Shown in pieces: positions 1-13,930 of a stretch of 64,000 nucleotides of DNA. The position numbers and the translations under genes were made by a program. The notes under the pieces were generated by a model that saw nothing but the letters and a program-made list of their open reading frames with translations, was not told where the DNA came from and did not search any database. Source of the stretch: the human T2T-CHM13v2.0 reference genome, Homo sapiens; assembly GCF_009914755.1 (NCBI RefSeq), contig NC_060941.1. One strand, 5' to 3'. Positions within the stretch are counted from its first letter, which is position 1. The number at the start of each line of letters is the position of its first letter.

Positions 1-503
1 CAATATCCAGTAACCATTTGTATCAGAATCCCCTACACTAGTAATGAAAACCCTAAAAATGCAATCAAGAAAACACTTTCATTTATAATCATAGCAAAAA
101 TAATAAAATGCTTAAGAATAAACCTAGTAAAAGAAATGTAAGACTTGTACTGAAACATTATTGAATGATACTAAAGAAGACTTAAATAAAGGGAAAGAAA
201 TCACACATTCATAGGTCAGAAGACTAACATTAAGTTGGCAGAACTCCCCAAATAGCTCTACAGATTCAGCACCATCCCTGGCAGCCTTTTTTGCAAAAAT
301 TGACAAGCTGATACTAAAATTTGTATGGCAATATAAGGGACCCAGAATAACAAAAGAAAAATGTAAGAGACAAACATACTGAACAACTCACGCTTCCTGA
401 TTTCAAAACTTACTACATAGCTGCACTAATTAAGATACCATGGCATTGGCTTAAGAGCAGACATATAGGTCAATGGATTTGAATTGAGAGCCCAGAAATA
501 TAC

Positions 504-1122
504 CTTCCGTCACTGCTTTATGCCTATAAACTCTACAATTTAGGCGAGATAGACAAATTCCTTGGAAGAGATTACTACCCAGCGTCATTTGATAGCAAAG
601 AGATAACCTGAATAGTTCCTGTCTATTAAAGAAAATGAAGTTTTCTTGCTTTGTTTTGTTTGAGATGGGGTCTCATTCTGTTGCCCAGGCTGGGGTTCAG
701 CGGTGCAATAACTTCCATCACTACTTTATGTCCATAAAACTCTAAAATTTAGATGAAATAGACAAATTCCTTGGAAGAGATTACTACCAAACGTCATTCA
801 GTAGCAAAGAGATAACCTGAATAGTTCCTGTCTATTAAAGGAAATGAAGTTTTCTTGCTTTGTTTTGTTTCAGATGGGGTCTCATTCTGTTGCCCAGGCT
901 GGGGTTCAGCGGTGCAATACCTTCCATCACTACTTTATGTGCATAAACTCTAAAATTTAGATGAAATAGACAAATTCCTTGGAAGAGATTACTACCAAAC
1001 GTCATTCAATAGCAAAGAGATAACCTGAATAGTTCCTGTCTATTAAAGAAAATGAAGTTTTCTTGTTTTGTTTTGTTTGAGATGGGGTCTCATTCTGTTG
1101 CCCAGGCTGGGGTTCAGCGGTG
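504..1122 (+). repeat. Tandem triplication of a ~208-209 bp L1/Alu-junction unit
   Basis: cttcc(a/g)tcact… restarts at 504, 712 and 921; each unit ends in the 3' tip of a reverse Alu. Confidence 0.93.
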
Positions 1123-1358
1123 TGATCATTGATCTTTGCAACCTCAATCTCCTGGACTCGAGAGACCCTCCCACCTCTTCCTCCCCAGGAGCTGGGACTA
1201 CAGGCATGCACCACCAGACACAGCGAATTTTGAAATTGTTTACAGAGATGGGGACTCGCTATGTTGCTCAGACTGGTCTCAAACTTCTGGGCTCAAGCAG
1301 CCACCTCAGCCTCTCAAAGTGCTGGGATTATGGATGTGAGCCACTGCATCTAGCCAAG
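1065..1358 (-). mobile_element. Alu (AluJ-like)
   Basis: Reverse Alu consensus, diverged. Confidence 0.85.
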
Positions 1359-1607
1359 AAAATGAGTTTTTAACTAAAAACTCAACACAGAAAACTTCTG
1401 ACCCAGAAAGTTTCGCTGGCAACTGTACCAAACCTTTAAGGAGGAAATAATACCACTTCTGCACAACCTGTCACAGAAAATTAAAAGGAGTGAACACTTC
1501 CCAACTCAGTATATGAAGGCAGCATTTTTCTGATATCAAAACCAAAGATATCACAAGAATAAAAAACACAGATTCCCAAGTCCTCAGCATCGTATTAACA
1601 AGCTCCA

Positions 1608-1738
1608 GCCAGGCACAGTGGCTCATGCCTGTAATCCAGCACTTTAGGAGGCCAAGGCAAGGAGGATCGCTTGAGTCCAAGAGTTCAAGACCAGCCTGGG
1701 CAGCACTGCAAGACCCTGTCTCAAAAAAAAAAAAAAAG
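1608..1738 (+). mobile_element. Alu monomer (FLAM-like)
   Basis: Left-arm Alu sequence followed directly by poly(A). Confidence 0.85.
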
Positions 1739-4700
1739 GCATTATACAAAAATCAGTTGTATTTCCATATGAGCAATTGGACATTGAAATTTAACATCAG
1801 TACCATTCAAAATAGCACCAAAATACATGAAATACTTAAGTATAAATCTTTTTTCAAAATATGTGAAAGATATGTATTCTGAAAAATATAAAACACTGAT
1901 GAAAGAAATGAAAAGGTCTAAGTAAATGGAGACCATGCTCCTGGTTTAGAAGACTCAATAATATTAAGATTCCAGTTCTCCCTAAATTGATACATAGATC
2001 AATGCAACCCCAATCAAAACCCCAATAGGATTTTTTTTGGTAAAAATAGAGAAGTTTATTCTAAAATTTATGGGGAAAAGGAAACTAAAATAACCAGAAC
2101 AATTTTGAACTAGAAGAACAAAGTTAGAAGCCTCACACTATCTTATTTCAAGACTTGCTATAAAAAAAGTAATCAAGATGGTGTGGGATTGGTGAAAGGT
2201 TAGATGCGTAGATCAATGGAACAGAATAGAGAGCCCAGAAATTGGTCTACACAAATATGTTCAATTGATTTTCAACAAAGGTGCAAAAACAATTCAATTC
2301 AATGGAGAAAGGATACTCTTTTCAACCATTGGTACTGGAGCAATTAACAACCAGTTGTCAAAAAAAATAAAAAGAAGAACCTCGATCAGTACTTCACACC
2401 TTATACAACAATTAACTCAGAGTGAATCATAGCCCTAAGTGTGAAACCTAAAACTATAAAACTTCTAGAAGGAAACAGAAAAAAAAATATTTCTGACCTT
2501 GTAGGTTAGGCAATGTCTTCTTTAATAAGATGCAAAAAGTACAAGTCAAAAAAGAAAAAAACGATAAGTTGGGCTTCATCAAAATTAAAAACTGCTTTTT
2601 AAAGACAGTTAAGAAAATGAAAAGACAAGTCACAGACAGAGCGAAAATTATAAAACACGTAAGATTAAGATCTTGTGGCTGTTATACATAACCCTCAAAA
2701 TTCCGTGATAAAGGAAATAAGCAGCCCAATTAAAAAACAGTGGCGAAAGATTTTACAGACACCCCACCAAAGAAGATATACAGGTGGCAAATAAGGACAT
2801 GGAATGATGCTCATTGTTAAGGATCTTAATCACGGGAAAGTACGGACCCCTGCAGTGAGATCCCACTACACACCTGTTAGAATGTCTCGAATCTTAAAAT
2901 CTACCAAGTGTTGGCAAGGGACACGGAGCATCTGAAACCCTCATTCTTGGCTACTGCAACTACAAGATGCTACAGACACCTTGGAAAAGGTTGTCAGTTT
3001 CTTACAAAGTTAAACGTATGCCTACCATGCAACCTAACCATTCTACTCCTGGATATTCACCAAGAGAAGTGAAAACATGTTCATTCAGAAACCTGTATGT
3101 GAATGTTTATAGTGACTGTATTCATAGTCACCAAAAACTGGAAACAACCCAAGTTTCCTTCACCTCGTAAAGAGAGAAGCTGATACAACCATACAATGAA
3201 AGACTCATCAGAACAATATTTAAATAAACTATTGATAAACGCAGTGGCACAGATGCATCTCAAGTGTATCATGCTAAATGGAAGAAGCTGCTCAAAAGAC
3301 TGTATCCTGTATGATCCATGTATACAACATTCCAGGGAAGGCAAAACTGTGTGGAACTGTTCTATATCTTCCACATTTATCAAAACTCCGCCTGTACCTA
3401 AAGAGGGCGAAATTCACTGTACGTAAGTTACATCTTCATCAACCTCATGTTGCGGGGAGAAGAAACTCTTTTCCCTCTTGTGCTGAAGTCACATGAAAGA
3501 TGATGTAAATGCCTTGTTGAGGAGTGAACGCGCATAGCAAGCTCCGAGCTTCATTCAGAGCTTCTCCCCCCTCCACAGCTTGGCGATTTGTGGTAACACA
3601 AAGGCTGTGTCCTTGGACGTAATGTACACGAGACACTGGCAGAATCAAACCAACTCTGTTGCCTGTGGACTCACGACGCACACCACTACCTCTTCCGCCT
3701 CCTCCTCTGCTGCCTCTGTCCACGGAGGGGACTTTATTGTTCAGTGGGGAGGGGATAGTTTGTTGCTAAACCGTGGGGAAAATAATAAAAAGCGTCAAGG
3801 GGAAAAGCACATCACAGAGGCAAATTTGCCCTCACTTCAGGTCATCAGGAGCTAAGCGGGTGGAGAGGGAGGGAGCTGGCAGTGTGAGCGTTTAATGTGT
3901 TAGCGATCTTTTCCCATGGGTGCCTCTCCCCTTTTGCCTTCATCCAAGTCTTTCTCAATCTTGATAGTCATGTACCTGTTTTGAATTTTATCCCCTGCAC
4001 CTTGAACCTTTCTAAATTCAGAGGGATTGAAGATAAGACTCAGCTCTAAGGCTCCCAGATTCCCCGGATAAGAATTTATCCCAAAACTGCCCCAAACTGC
4101 TGCTTTCCCGTAAGTCTTCTGGGGAACCTCTAATCTCCCTTTATTCCTGAGCCCCAGGTTTTTCTTTGCAACAGGAAAGGAGTTGTGTTTCATTGGCTTT
4201 CAGCTGAAGCCTCTGTGGGAGGCTTCAGAATCGTAATTGGTTTCTGTCTGAGTGGAAGCCAAGAGGTACAGGAGTGTCAAGATCCTCATCATGTAACAGG
4301 ATCAGCGGCACCCACAGCCTCCAGGAGCTCTGTTTACAGGGAGGCTCAGCCTGCACTGGGCCTGGGCCCTTTTTTACTGAAAAGCCTTTATTCAGCCTGA
4401 AGAGAAACAGGTGGAGAGGAGGCGACAGAGCCGATGATGAAGAGCTGCGGTGTCATTTGCTGCCTCCGTGCTGAGCGGCGGTCACATCCTAGTTTCCCAG
4501 GGTGGGTGCCCGCATCTTCCACGGCATCTCTGCCTTCCCCTGGCCTCTCCATCCACCGCTCTCCCTCCTGCCTCACGCCGCACCTCCACTTCTGCCCATG
4601 CTTGTCCTGTGACCCTCGTGGTCATAGCTGGTTGTCCTGACACAGACACTTGGGGTGGTTCCGGAACCGCGTCCCGTTCAGAAAGTCTCTTCCCAGCCCA

Positions 4701-6825
4701 GCAAGGGCTGTAAAGGAAGGCTGTGGGCTCTCTCCTAGAGCTCAGATTAGGGAAGTGGCGGCCCCTACCCCTACAGGCAGAAGCCCCTGGGCCGGGAGAG
4801 GGCCCTTGCAGTGCCGTGGCAACAGGACAAGTGTGGGGCCCCCTGAAACCCCTCAGCTCCTGTCTCCGGGCGTCCTGTGCCCCTCCCTGTTCTGGCATGG
4901 GCCCCCTCTCAGCCTTGCAGTCGTCTTTGTTGTCTTTGGAGCTGAGGCTCTGAAGCCGCCCCATTTCTACCCCCCACGTCTGGATTCTTTGCCTGAGCTC
5001 AGGCCCAGGACCATAGAGTGCCAGGCCAAGGAGCTGGAATTCCCATCAGTTCCTCTCCCTTCCCACTCGAAAGTTCCTTCTAGACTCTTCCTCTAATTTA
5101 TTCCCAGAGAAGCCCGAGTCTCATTAAAGTGCAATGTCTCTGTTCCTGCACAGCTTTGAGTCTTTCCACCGCGGGTTTTTTCTTATTACTGTTCTATGTT
5201 ATTTACCATTTGTCATTTCTTTTCTAATAAGCTCAGGATTGTCGTCAAGTGAAACCGGTTGCTAAGAATCCACAGTCTATCCCATTTGCCGTTGCGGGAT
5301 TATTTCTAAATCAGAAAATGTGCGGAGGGAGCCATTTGACACCTTTTGTGGTTACTGTTTCCGGGTTTGGATGTCTTTTTTGCTGTGTTGTTGCTGTTTT
5401 ATCGAGTGTGGTTTTGTGACTTTTAAGAAGAAAAAGAAGGAAGCAGAGCAATCAAATGCTAGGAACTGAGCCACAGCCACCCATGAGCACGGGGTCAGAC
5501 GTGAGGTTTGGGGCTTGCCTGTTTCTGTTTTGTATTCAGAGCTGACACAAAGCATTCGAGGAAGAGACACAAAGAATGCTCTGTAAGCATTTGCACATGA
5601 TAACCACCTACAACGACCGCCTAAAACTCCACACGGAGAAACCGTTTTCTTTCTCCGCCACATTTACGTGCAAGGACGCAAACACGGCCATGCGCCATAG
5701 TCTTTATTCCCATTTCTTCTATCAGAGAAAGCGACTTTTTAATAACTAATGCAGGCTCTCTTTTTCCTTTGTCGAGACAGAGTTGCTTTTAGCCAAAAGG
5801 AATTAGGGTTCTTACCTTGTTTATTTCATTTATTTTATATTTTGGGTCTTCACAAGTCTTAGTTTCTTAGCAAGGAACAGAATCAGCCAGATTGACTGGA
5901 CGGCATGTATGCTTAAGGAAATGCATCTGCGTAACCCAGACAAGTGGCCATCCTCCCGCGGAAAGTCGATTAAATCCTAGTTAGTATTTGCCAAGTGTGG
6001 ACCTCTCCTAGACGCTGAACGTGCACACCCCAACCCACATGTGCGTGCACACACACAGACACATGCACGCACTCGCACACACGCACACACACGCATGCAC
6101 GCAAAGGCCCTGAAGTGAATGAAGACCTTTGCTCAGGGAAGAGAGGGCAGCAGCATGTCTAGCGTCTGCATATTTCAAGTGAAAATAAACTTGGTCTTTC
6201 TGAAGCTGTCTCATTAGGGAAGGCACTGAAGTTCTCACGAGTTAGTTTAACCCCAGCCAGGCTTGCAGCTCAGCACCCTCCTAGCTCTTCCACCATCAGG
6301 AGCCCAGTGGCACCCCCTCTGCTGCCCAGGAAGGTCCCACACCCTCTCGGGGCCCGGCCTGGCCTCTCATGAGGCTGTCTTCCTTCTGTCTCGTAAGCTC
6401 CCTCATCTTCCAGCCAGCTGCCTGGTTCCCTTTGGCATTAGAGAGAGAATAAAGGCAGTGTCTCCTCAAGCGCACCTGCCTCCTGATTGTGTTTTCAGTG
6501 TTTGAAGCGGCATTCGGTGCCCCCCTGCCCTGCTGCTCAGTGCTGACCTCAGTGCCCCCCATTCCCTGGGGAGGCGTTTCCCAAGGCCCTGGTCCCCATC
6601 ATACACCTGTCAGCCTCACAGGCCACTCACTCAAGGGTCTCAGAGCCCCCACACTAGTGAACACAGGCGTGGAGAGCGCCTCTCCCAGCTCCGGGGAGGG
6701 ACCAGCGATGTGTTTTGTAGCAGACACAGGACCCACAACAGCCCGTGCCTCTGGTGCACTGGCCAGACGAGAAGCCCAAAGCCTTCAGCCTTTGAGAAAG
6801 AGGTGCCTTCATCTGAAAATAACTA

Positions 6826-7150
6826 CAGCCAACCCTCCATGTCCACAGGTGCTGCATCCGCAGATTCAACCAATTTTGGATAAAAAAACAAATGTAAATA
6901 ACAAAAATAAATTTAAAATAACAATACAACAAGAAACAATCCAAATTTTAAAAATACGGCATAGCAGCTATTTACACAGCGTTGACACTGTGTCGGGTAT
7001 GGCGGGCAAGCTAGCGAGGGTTTGAGGTGTGCCGGAGGATGTGTTCTGCTTGTACGCAGATGCCACACCCTTTCGTATTGGGGACTGAGCCGCGCAGGTT
7101 TTGCTATCCGAGGGGTCCTAGAACCCATACCCCATTGATACCAAGATACA
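6826..7150. mobile_element. MER2/Tigger-type DNA transposon remnant
   Basis: Begins TA-CAG…ccctccat…gattcaacca and ends …gggtcctagaaccc…gatacc, as in the MER2 consensus. Confidence 0.7.
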
Positions 7151-7197
7151 ACCCTGTTTCATCGCTGGGCTTAACTGGGTGTTTTCTGTTGTTGAAG

Positions 7198-7303
7198 ATC
7201 CCAGAAGAGCACGACCTGGAGAGTCAGATCCGCAAGGAGCGGGAGTGGCGGTTCCTGCGAAACAGCCGTGTCAGGAGGCAGGCCCAGCAAGTCATTCAGA
7301 AGG
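7198..7303 (+). CDS. RPTOR: RPTOR coding exon 25 (IPEEHDLESQIRKEREWRFLRNSRVRRQAQQVIQK-G)
   Basis: AG at 7196-7197, GTAAGG donor at 7304; 106 nt; peptide recognised as raptor; phase joins the next exon. Confidence 0.97.
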
Positions 7304-10016
7304 GTAAGGGCACCCGCACAGCCAGCCAGGGGCTCATTCCGGGGGTGGGGCCTGGGGCGAGGGTCCCCTGTGAGCAGGCCCCCCGCGGCCCACGCACAAC
7401 CTTCTCCAGCCATCCACTGTCCCACGACAGACCCGCCCCGCACCCCACCTCCCTTGCAGATAAGCACATCAAGGCTGGTGGAGATGAAGCTGCTGCTCCT
7501 CAAGGTTCTGCAGCCCAGAGTGGGGAGGGGAGGGGCCGGGTGGGAACCCAGCCACCGCCTGGGAAGAGGGCTCTCCCGGGACCCTGCCTCTTCCTCTGCA
7601 AGGGCAGCCCTCAGCCCTCGGGATTATCAGCGCAGGTGGAACTCATGGAAGCGGAACTTTGCATGTTGACATTTCCGGAAGGGAAGGCCTCTGAGAGCCC
7701 ACATCTCCCCACCCGGACAGGTGTCGTTGCGCCAGGCCCTACACATGGCGCATCCTTCCCTGGAAACAGGAAGTGAAAATGCCAGGCCCTGCTTTCCTCA
7801 GCTGGCCTCCACTTGTCCCTGAAATGGTGGCCAGCTCTGTCACCCCACATCTCAGTCATGATTTTCCTAAACCTTCTCCCAGATTTGCCACTAGATGCCA
7901 AATCGCTCCCTTCACCTACCTTGTTGTTTGCTCTCCCAGCTGCACCCGGGGTGGAGGGGCAGGGAGCAGCCCTGGAGGGGGCGGTGTCTGTTGCCGCAGA
8001 CAGCGGAGGGAGCTCCTTGCGGAAGGGATCCGGGCTGCAGGCGGCCCCGGTCACAGAGACTGTGTGGGGAGCAGGGAGGCCCTGAGAGTCAACACAGCAA
8101 TGAGGGTGTCAGGCAGCCCCATCCCAGGGACCCTGGCCTCTCCCCAGGATCCAGGAGAGTACAGGGGCCCAGGCCCAGCCCTACAGCCCCACTGAGGGCA
8201 CGGAGCAGCAGTGGTGTCTCCGCACTCCTCCCCCTGCCCTCGCGGCCACAGGCTCCCACCACTGAGCCAGCTCTGGCTGGGGGACCTCTAGCTGCCCCCA
8301 ACCAAATCAGCACCATCAAAAGTCAAGGACTCTGACCCCAGTCTGCAGGTTTATTGTTTTGACCTTGCATCTTTGTCCTGTAAAATTCTGGAGATTATTA
8401 TGGGTTACTTTCTGAAGTTGAGGTTGATGACCCGTAGGACAGATGTCCTCCCTCCTGCCAAAGCCGAGGGCCCTGCCCGCAGGCAGCACAGGCGCCATGA
8501 GCGCGTCCTCAGCGAGCGTGCCTAGGCCCGGCTCACACCTCTGCTCTGCTGATCACCGAAAACACTGCTGACTTCTGGTACCAGCAACGTTTCTGAAGCG
8601 CATTCCCACGCAGCTCTCTCTGTGAAAGACTGCGGTTCATCTCGCATTAACGCAGACGGTGGCTGTTGTGCTGAAAGCTAATTGTGGTTGTTTGTAGCCC
8701 TCTGTGCATCTGAAGAGCTGGCGGCAGACCAGGTTTAAAGCATCGCATGTTGCAATCCGGTGCGTGCTGCCCCGGCGGCCGCCGCTGAACCTTGCAGCCA
8801 GGGTGGCTTTCTCCAGCAGAGAGAACAGACCCTGCTGGATGAGCGTCTCCAGGTGGAGGCGACAGGAGGCTGTTTTCCTGGAGGTTAGCGATTCTCTAGG
8901 ACCCCAGCCTGCTAGCTGGGATGGCCAGCACACGGGGGCTGCCTGCTGCCTGAGACAGGCTTGGGAGCTGAGTCTGCCTCACACAGTTCAACATCTGAAG
9001 ATGAGCTGGCCCCTGATGGCCAAGGTGATTCTCTGGCCTGGAGCCTGTGGTCAGAATTGAGCAGGGTGCGAAACAGAGCCGGCATTCGAGACCCAAAACC
9101 GAGATTTCTAGACCAAAAAAAAGAATATATTTGTAAACCAGAGTTTGTCCAGACACACAAAGGAGGAGCTGCTGAGCCGCTGGAGACACCACCAAATGAG
9201 GCCTCAAGACACAGGGGATGGTGCCAGCAGGCGTGGTGCCAGCAGGCGTAGTGCCGGGAGTCACTGAGGAGTGAGGCCGCACCCTCCTCCCAGTCCTCTG
9301 TCCTCGGAATTCGGATTCGGTGCAGGCGTTTATTTTCATTTAAGGAGCCAACTGTGTGCTGGGAAAGATGTGAGCATTGAGAAAAAGGAGAAATTGATGC
9401 CTGTAGATGGAAGAGAACCAGAGAAGTCGGCGTCGCCCAGGAGACGGGGTTGGGAAAGCCCTGTGTCACGCAGGCCCCTGCCCGGCTCTTCAGCCTTCTC
9501 CTGGGCAACATTCACGACCTTGGCTGTCACGCACTGATTTTCAAACGTACCAAATGCGTGGGCTGGGTGGGGTTTCCCTTTGTCCTTCAGTGCTTAGAAT
9601 TATGCCCAAACTCCGTCCAGAACTCCCTGCAGCTGGGAATGGAGGCACCGCTAGGGTAACACGGTGCTGCCGCCGCACCAAAGCCTTCGGGCCTGCCTGC
9701 CTCTGTGAGTGCAGCCTCTCCTTGTATAACGTGGCATTCATTTCCTTTCCGTGGTTCTGGGTGTTTGCTGGGGACTGACATTGTTGGAAACAGTAGCTCA
9801 CCCGAGGTGCCGAGCACACACCAGGCATCAGTGAGGCTTCAGCCCGCAGACTCCATGGCCCTGGTGCCACCTGGACAGTGCCAGGCACAAGCGGAGGGGC
9901 TGTCAGCTGCTGGAGGTGGGCGGCCTTGGCTGTGCTTAAGCCCAGTTCAGAGCAGCCTGCAGCAGAGTGCCCAAGTCGCGCGGCTTTGACCTTGCACCCC
10001 GACGGTAGGCTCCTTC

Positions 10017-10339
10017 TGTTGTAGGACTTTTTAATTCAGCTAAAAACAGGGTCTTTGTCACATGACCATGAAAAATTAGGCTCCCAGACACTTTGAAGGG
10101 TGGGAAGGGCAGGGTTTATTGGGTGAGAAGGAAAAAACGGGAAACAGGGCCTCCCCGCAAAGCCGGAGTCCTGCTGGTGCACTTCCCGCCTCGCAGATTG
10201 GATCCCAGGTTCTACCCCGGATCGGGAGGCTGGGCTCCTCCTGCTGCAAAGGGCGCCAACTTCTGTGGCTCCCCCCGTTGTCCCAGTGTGCAGGCTGGTG
10301 GGAGTTTCTCTGGGGACCCCTTTATACTTGGCTATCTCA
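10017..10339 (-). mobile_element. ERV1 solo LTR (MER61-like)
   Basis: TG…CA termini, 4-bp TSD CTTC (10013-10016 and 10340-10343), minus-strand AATAAA at 10120-10115. Confidence 0.85.
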
Positions 10340-10420
10340 CTTCCTGCCAGAGCACAAGCCCACCACTCCCCACAGGGAAGACTGGAGGCGGGCAACGGTC
10401 CTCTGAGCCAGACCAGAAGT

Positions 10421-10570
10421 TCAGGTGAGGACACGGTTAGTAAGAGCCAGTCAGGTGAGGACACGGTTAGTAAGAGCCAGTCAGGTGAGGACACGGTTAG
10501 TAAGAGCCAGTCAGGTGAGGACACGGTTAGTAAGAGCCAGTCAGGTGAGGACACGGTTAGTAAGAGCCAG
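10421..10570 (+). repeat. Minisatellite, 30 bp x5 perfect (TCAGGTGAGGACACGGTTAGTAAGAGCCAG)
   Basis: Five identical contiguous copies. Confidence 0.97.
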
Positions 10571-11440
10571 GCGGTGTCTCTCTGCACCACCTGGAGCTAT
10601 GTCTCTGGCTGAGGAAGGCTTGGGGGTCCCCAAGACACCCTCCTGGTTGCCCAGAGGCCACGCAGGTGACCGCAGCCAAGGCCAGGAGGCAGCCCAGCTT
10701 GTGTCCTTGGTGCCACAACAGACAATGAGGCTTATGCACCCACAGATCCCCAGCTGCCCTTTCAGTCACCAGGATGTGTTGGAATCCATCTTGCGCCCTC
10801 TGCATTTTTAGCTTCCTTTTATGGTTCCTTCTAGAAAAAAGCCTTTTAGAGTCACAAGGGACTTACTTCCTAGTGCTCGTGTTTGGGGGCCTGGTGGTTA
10901 AGTCCACGTTCCCCTCTTCTGTTAAATCTGTGATTCTGTAATAGATCCCTCAGTCAAGGAAGTTCATAGTTACCATTCTAGACTGAAAGACCCCCGGACT
11001 TTGGCTGCAATGTGGATCCTGGCGACCACACCCATGTCTCCTCCTTAAGTCTGTTACGAATCAGAGCCCTACCGAGCTTATTCTGAAACTTTAGCACTTT
11101 CTTCATATAATCTGACCCAGATAAATTTGTACAAACCTGACCACTGCTGACAAGTATTGGCTGAATGCTTCCACATGTCCAGCTCGGCATCAGGAGCTTT
11201 GGGGGTTTTGAGCAAAGGCATTAACCCTGCGGCCAGGGCCCCTGGGCCCTCATTCTGGGTACTCAGTGGCTGCCGTCACCCCAAGAGCCCAGATGTGCCT
11301 GCTCCTCAGCAGGTGGTCAGGCCCCTCCCTTCAGTCCCTGCTTTTCTTCTGCTTCCTTTGTGCCTCTCCAAGTCCCCAAGGTATTGACGTCGGCCATGAT
11401 AAGATACGTCGTGAATATTTATTGTAAATTAAGACTGGCT

Positions 11441-12529
<1,089 letters not shown>

Positions 12530-13029
12530 TCAGGCCTCCCTTCCGGCTGACCGACAGCCCCAGCGATGCCCTGTTCTCCCCCGATCACCACTCCTCTTCC
12601 TTGAAAAGCAGATACAAGGCACTCACCCCGAGGCCCTTAGCACTGTTTCCTGAGAAACGGCCCTACTCACCTTCTCCTCTTTGACCGAGCCCCACCCACA
12701 CCTGCCCCGGGCCTGGCCCTGTCCTTGTCACTGAAGGACAGTCCAGAGTCCTGCCTGCAGGTCAGAGGCGAGTGGCAGGGACTCCCCAGTCACACTTGTA
12801 ATAGAGGCGTACACAGGGGGGCCGGCTTGCTGCCCTGCCCGCAGAAGCAAGCATGTGATAGACAAGCAGTAAGAAGATGCTAGGTGCCCCAGGAGAGAAG
12901 TGAGTTTAACTCACAGCAAATATCGCCCTTAGAGATGGAGAGAGTACCCACTTCATGGGGGAGGGCAGTGGGAGGGGGTTCCTTTTAGAGTTTAGAGTTT
13001 ATAAAATCTCTGTGGTTCACACCTCCATT

Positions 13030-13930
13030 TCTTTTTCCTCTTTTTAAAAATTGTGGTAAAACATACATAGCCTAAAATTTGCCATTTTAACCGTTCTGAG
13101 TGCACAGCCAGTGGCATTCAGCGTATTCACATTGTTATGCAACCATCACCCCCATTGGTCTCCAGAACCTTCTCATCACACAAAACCAAAACTTGGTCCC
13201 CATCAGACACCAGCTCCCCATTCCTGCATCCGCCTGAGCCAGTGTTTCACTTTCTGTCTCTCTGAAGTGGCGCACGCTAGGAGCCTCATACCAGTGGAGT
13301 CACCCGGGATTTGGCCCTTTGTGCCTGGCTTATTCGGCTCAGCGCAGTGTCTTTAAGGTTCCTCCAAGCTACAGCACGTCAGAATTTCCTTTTCATGGCT
13401 GAGTAATATTCCACTGTGTGGATGGACCACACTTTGTCTTATCATTCATCTGTTCATGGACACCTGGGTTGCCTCCACCTTTTGTCTATTGTGAATAACA
13501 CTGCTGTGAACATTGGTGTACAAGTATCTGTTCAAGTTCCTGCTTTCTGTTTTTTGGGGATACGCCCAGAGTGGAATTGCTGGACCATATGGTGATGCTC
13601 TGTTTAATTTTCGGAGGAACCACCAGGCTGTTTTCTGCAGGAAATCCTCTTCCCTTCCCACCCGCACAGCCTGTGGCTCCAATTTCCCACATCCTTGCCA
13701 GCACTATTATTCTCTCTTTGTTTGTTTGTTTGGAGACAAGGTCTCACTTTGTTGTCCAGGCTGGTCTTGAACTCCCAGGCTCCAACAGTCCTCCTGCTTC
13801 AGCCTCCCAAGTAGCTAGGATGACAGGTGTGAGCCGCCGTGCCCGGCTGTGGTGTGTGGTTTTTTGATAGCAGCCCGGTGGGTTTCAGGAGGTATCTCAC
13901 TGTCATTTGGGTTTGCAGTTTCCTAATGAC
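13030..13930 (-). mobile_element. Old L1 3' end (L1M-type) with an inserted Alu monomer (~13720-13848)
   Basis: Reverse L1 3'UTR motifs (ggctgagtaatattccactg, gtggaattgctggaccatatggt). Confidence 0.8.

Larger units (their letters stand above)
1..3440 (+). mobile_element. Old L1 (L1M-type) ORF2/3' fragments, at least two copies, interrupted by Alus
   Basis: A-rich + strand with L1 ORF2 hallmark sequence; the ORF2 segment ending gagcccagaaat occurs twice (~488 and ~2231). Confidence 0.85.

Noticed and set aside
7027-7776. 249-aa ORF
   Set aside because: Only 7198-7303 is RPTOR exon; the flanks are MER2 and intron read-through
10421-10570. 30-bp direct repeats resembling a CRISPR array
   Set aside because: No spacers, no cas genes, eukaryotic intron
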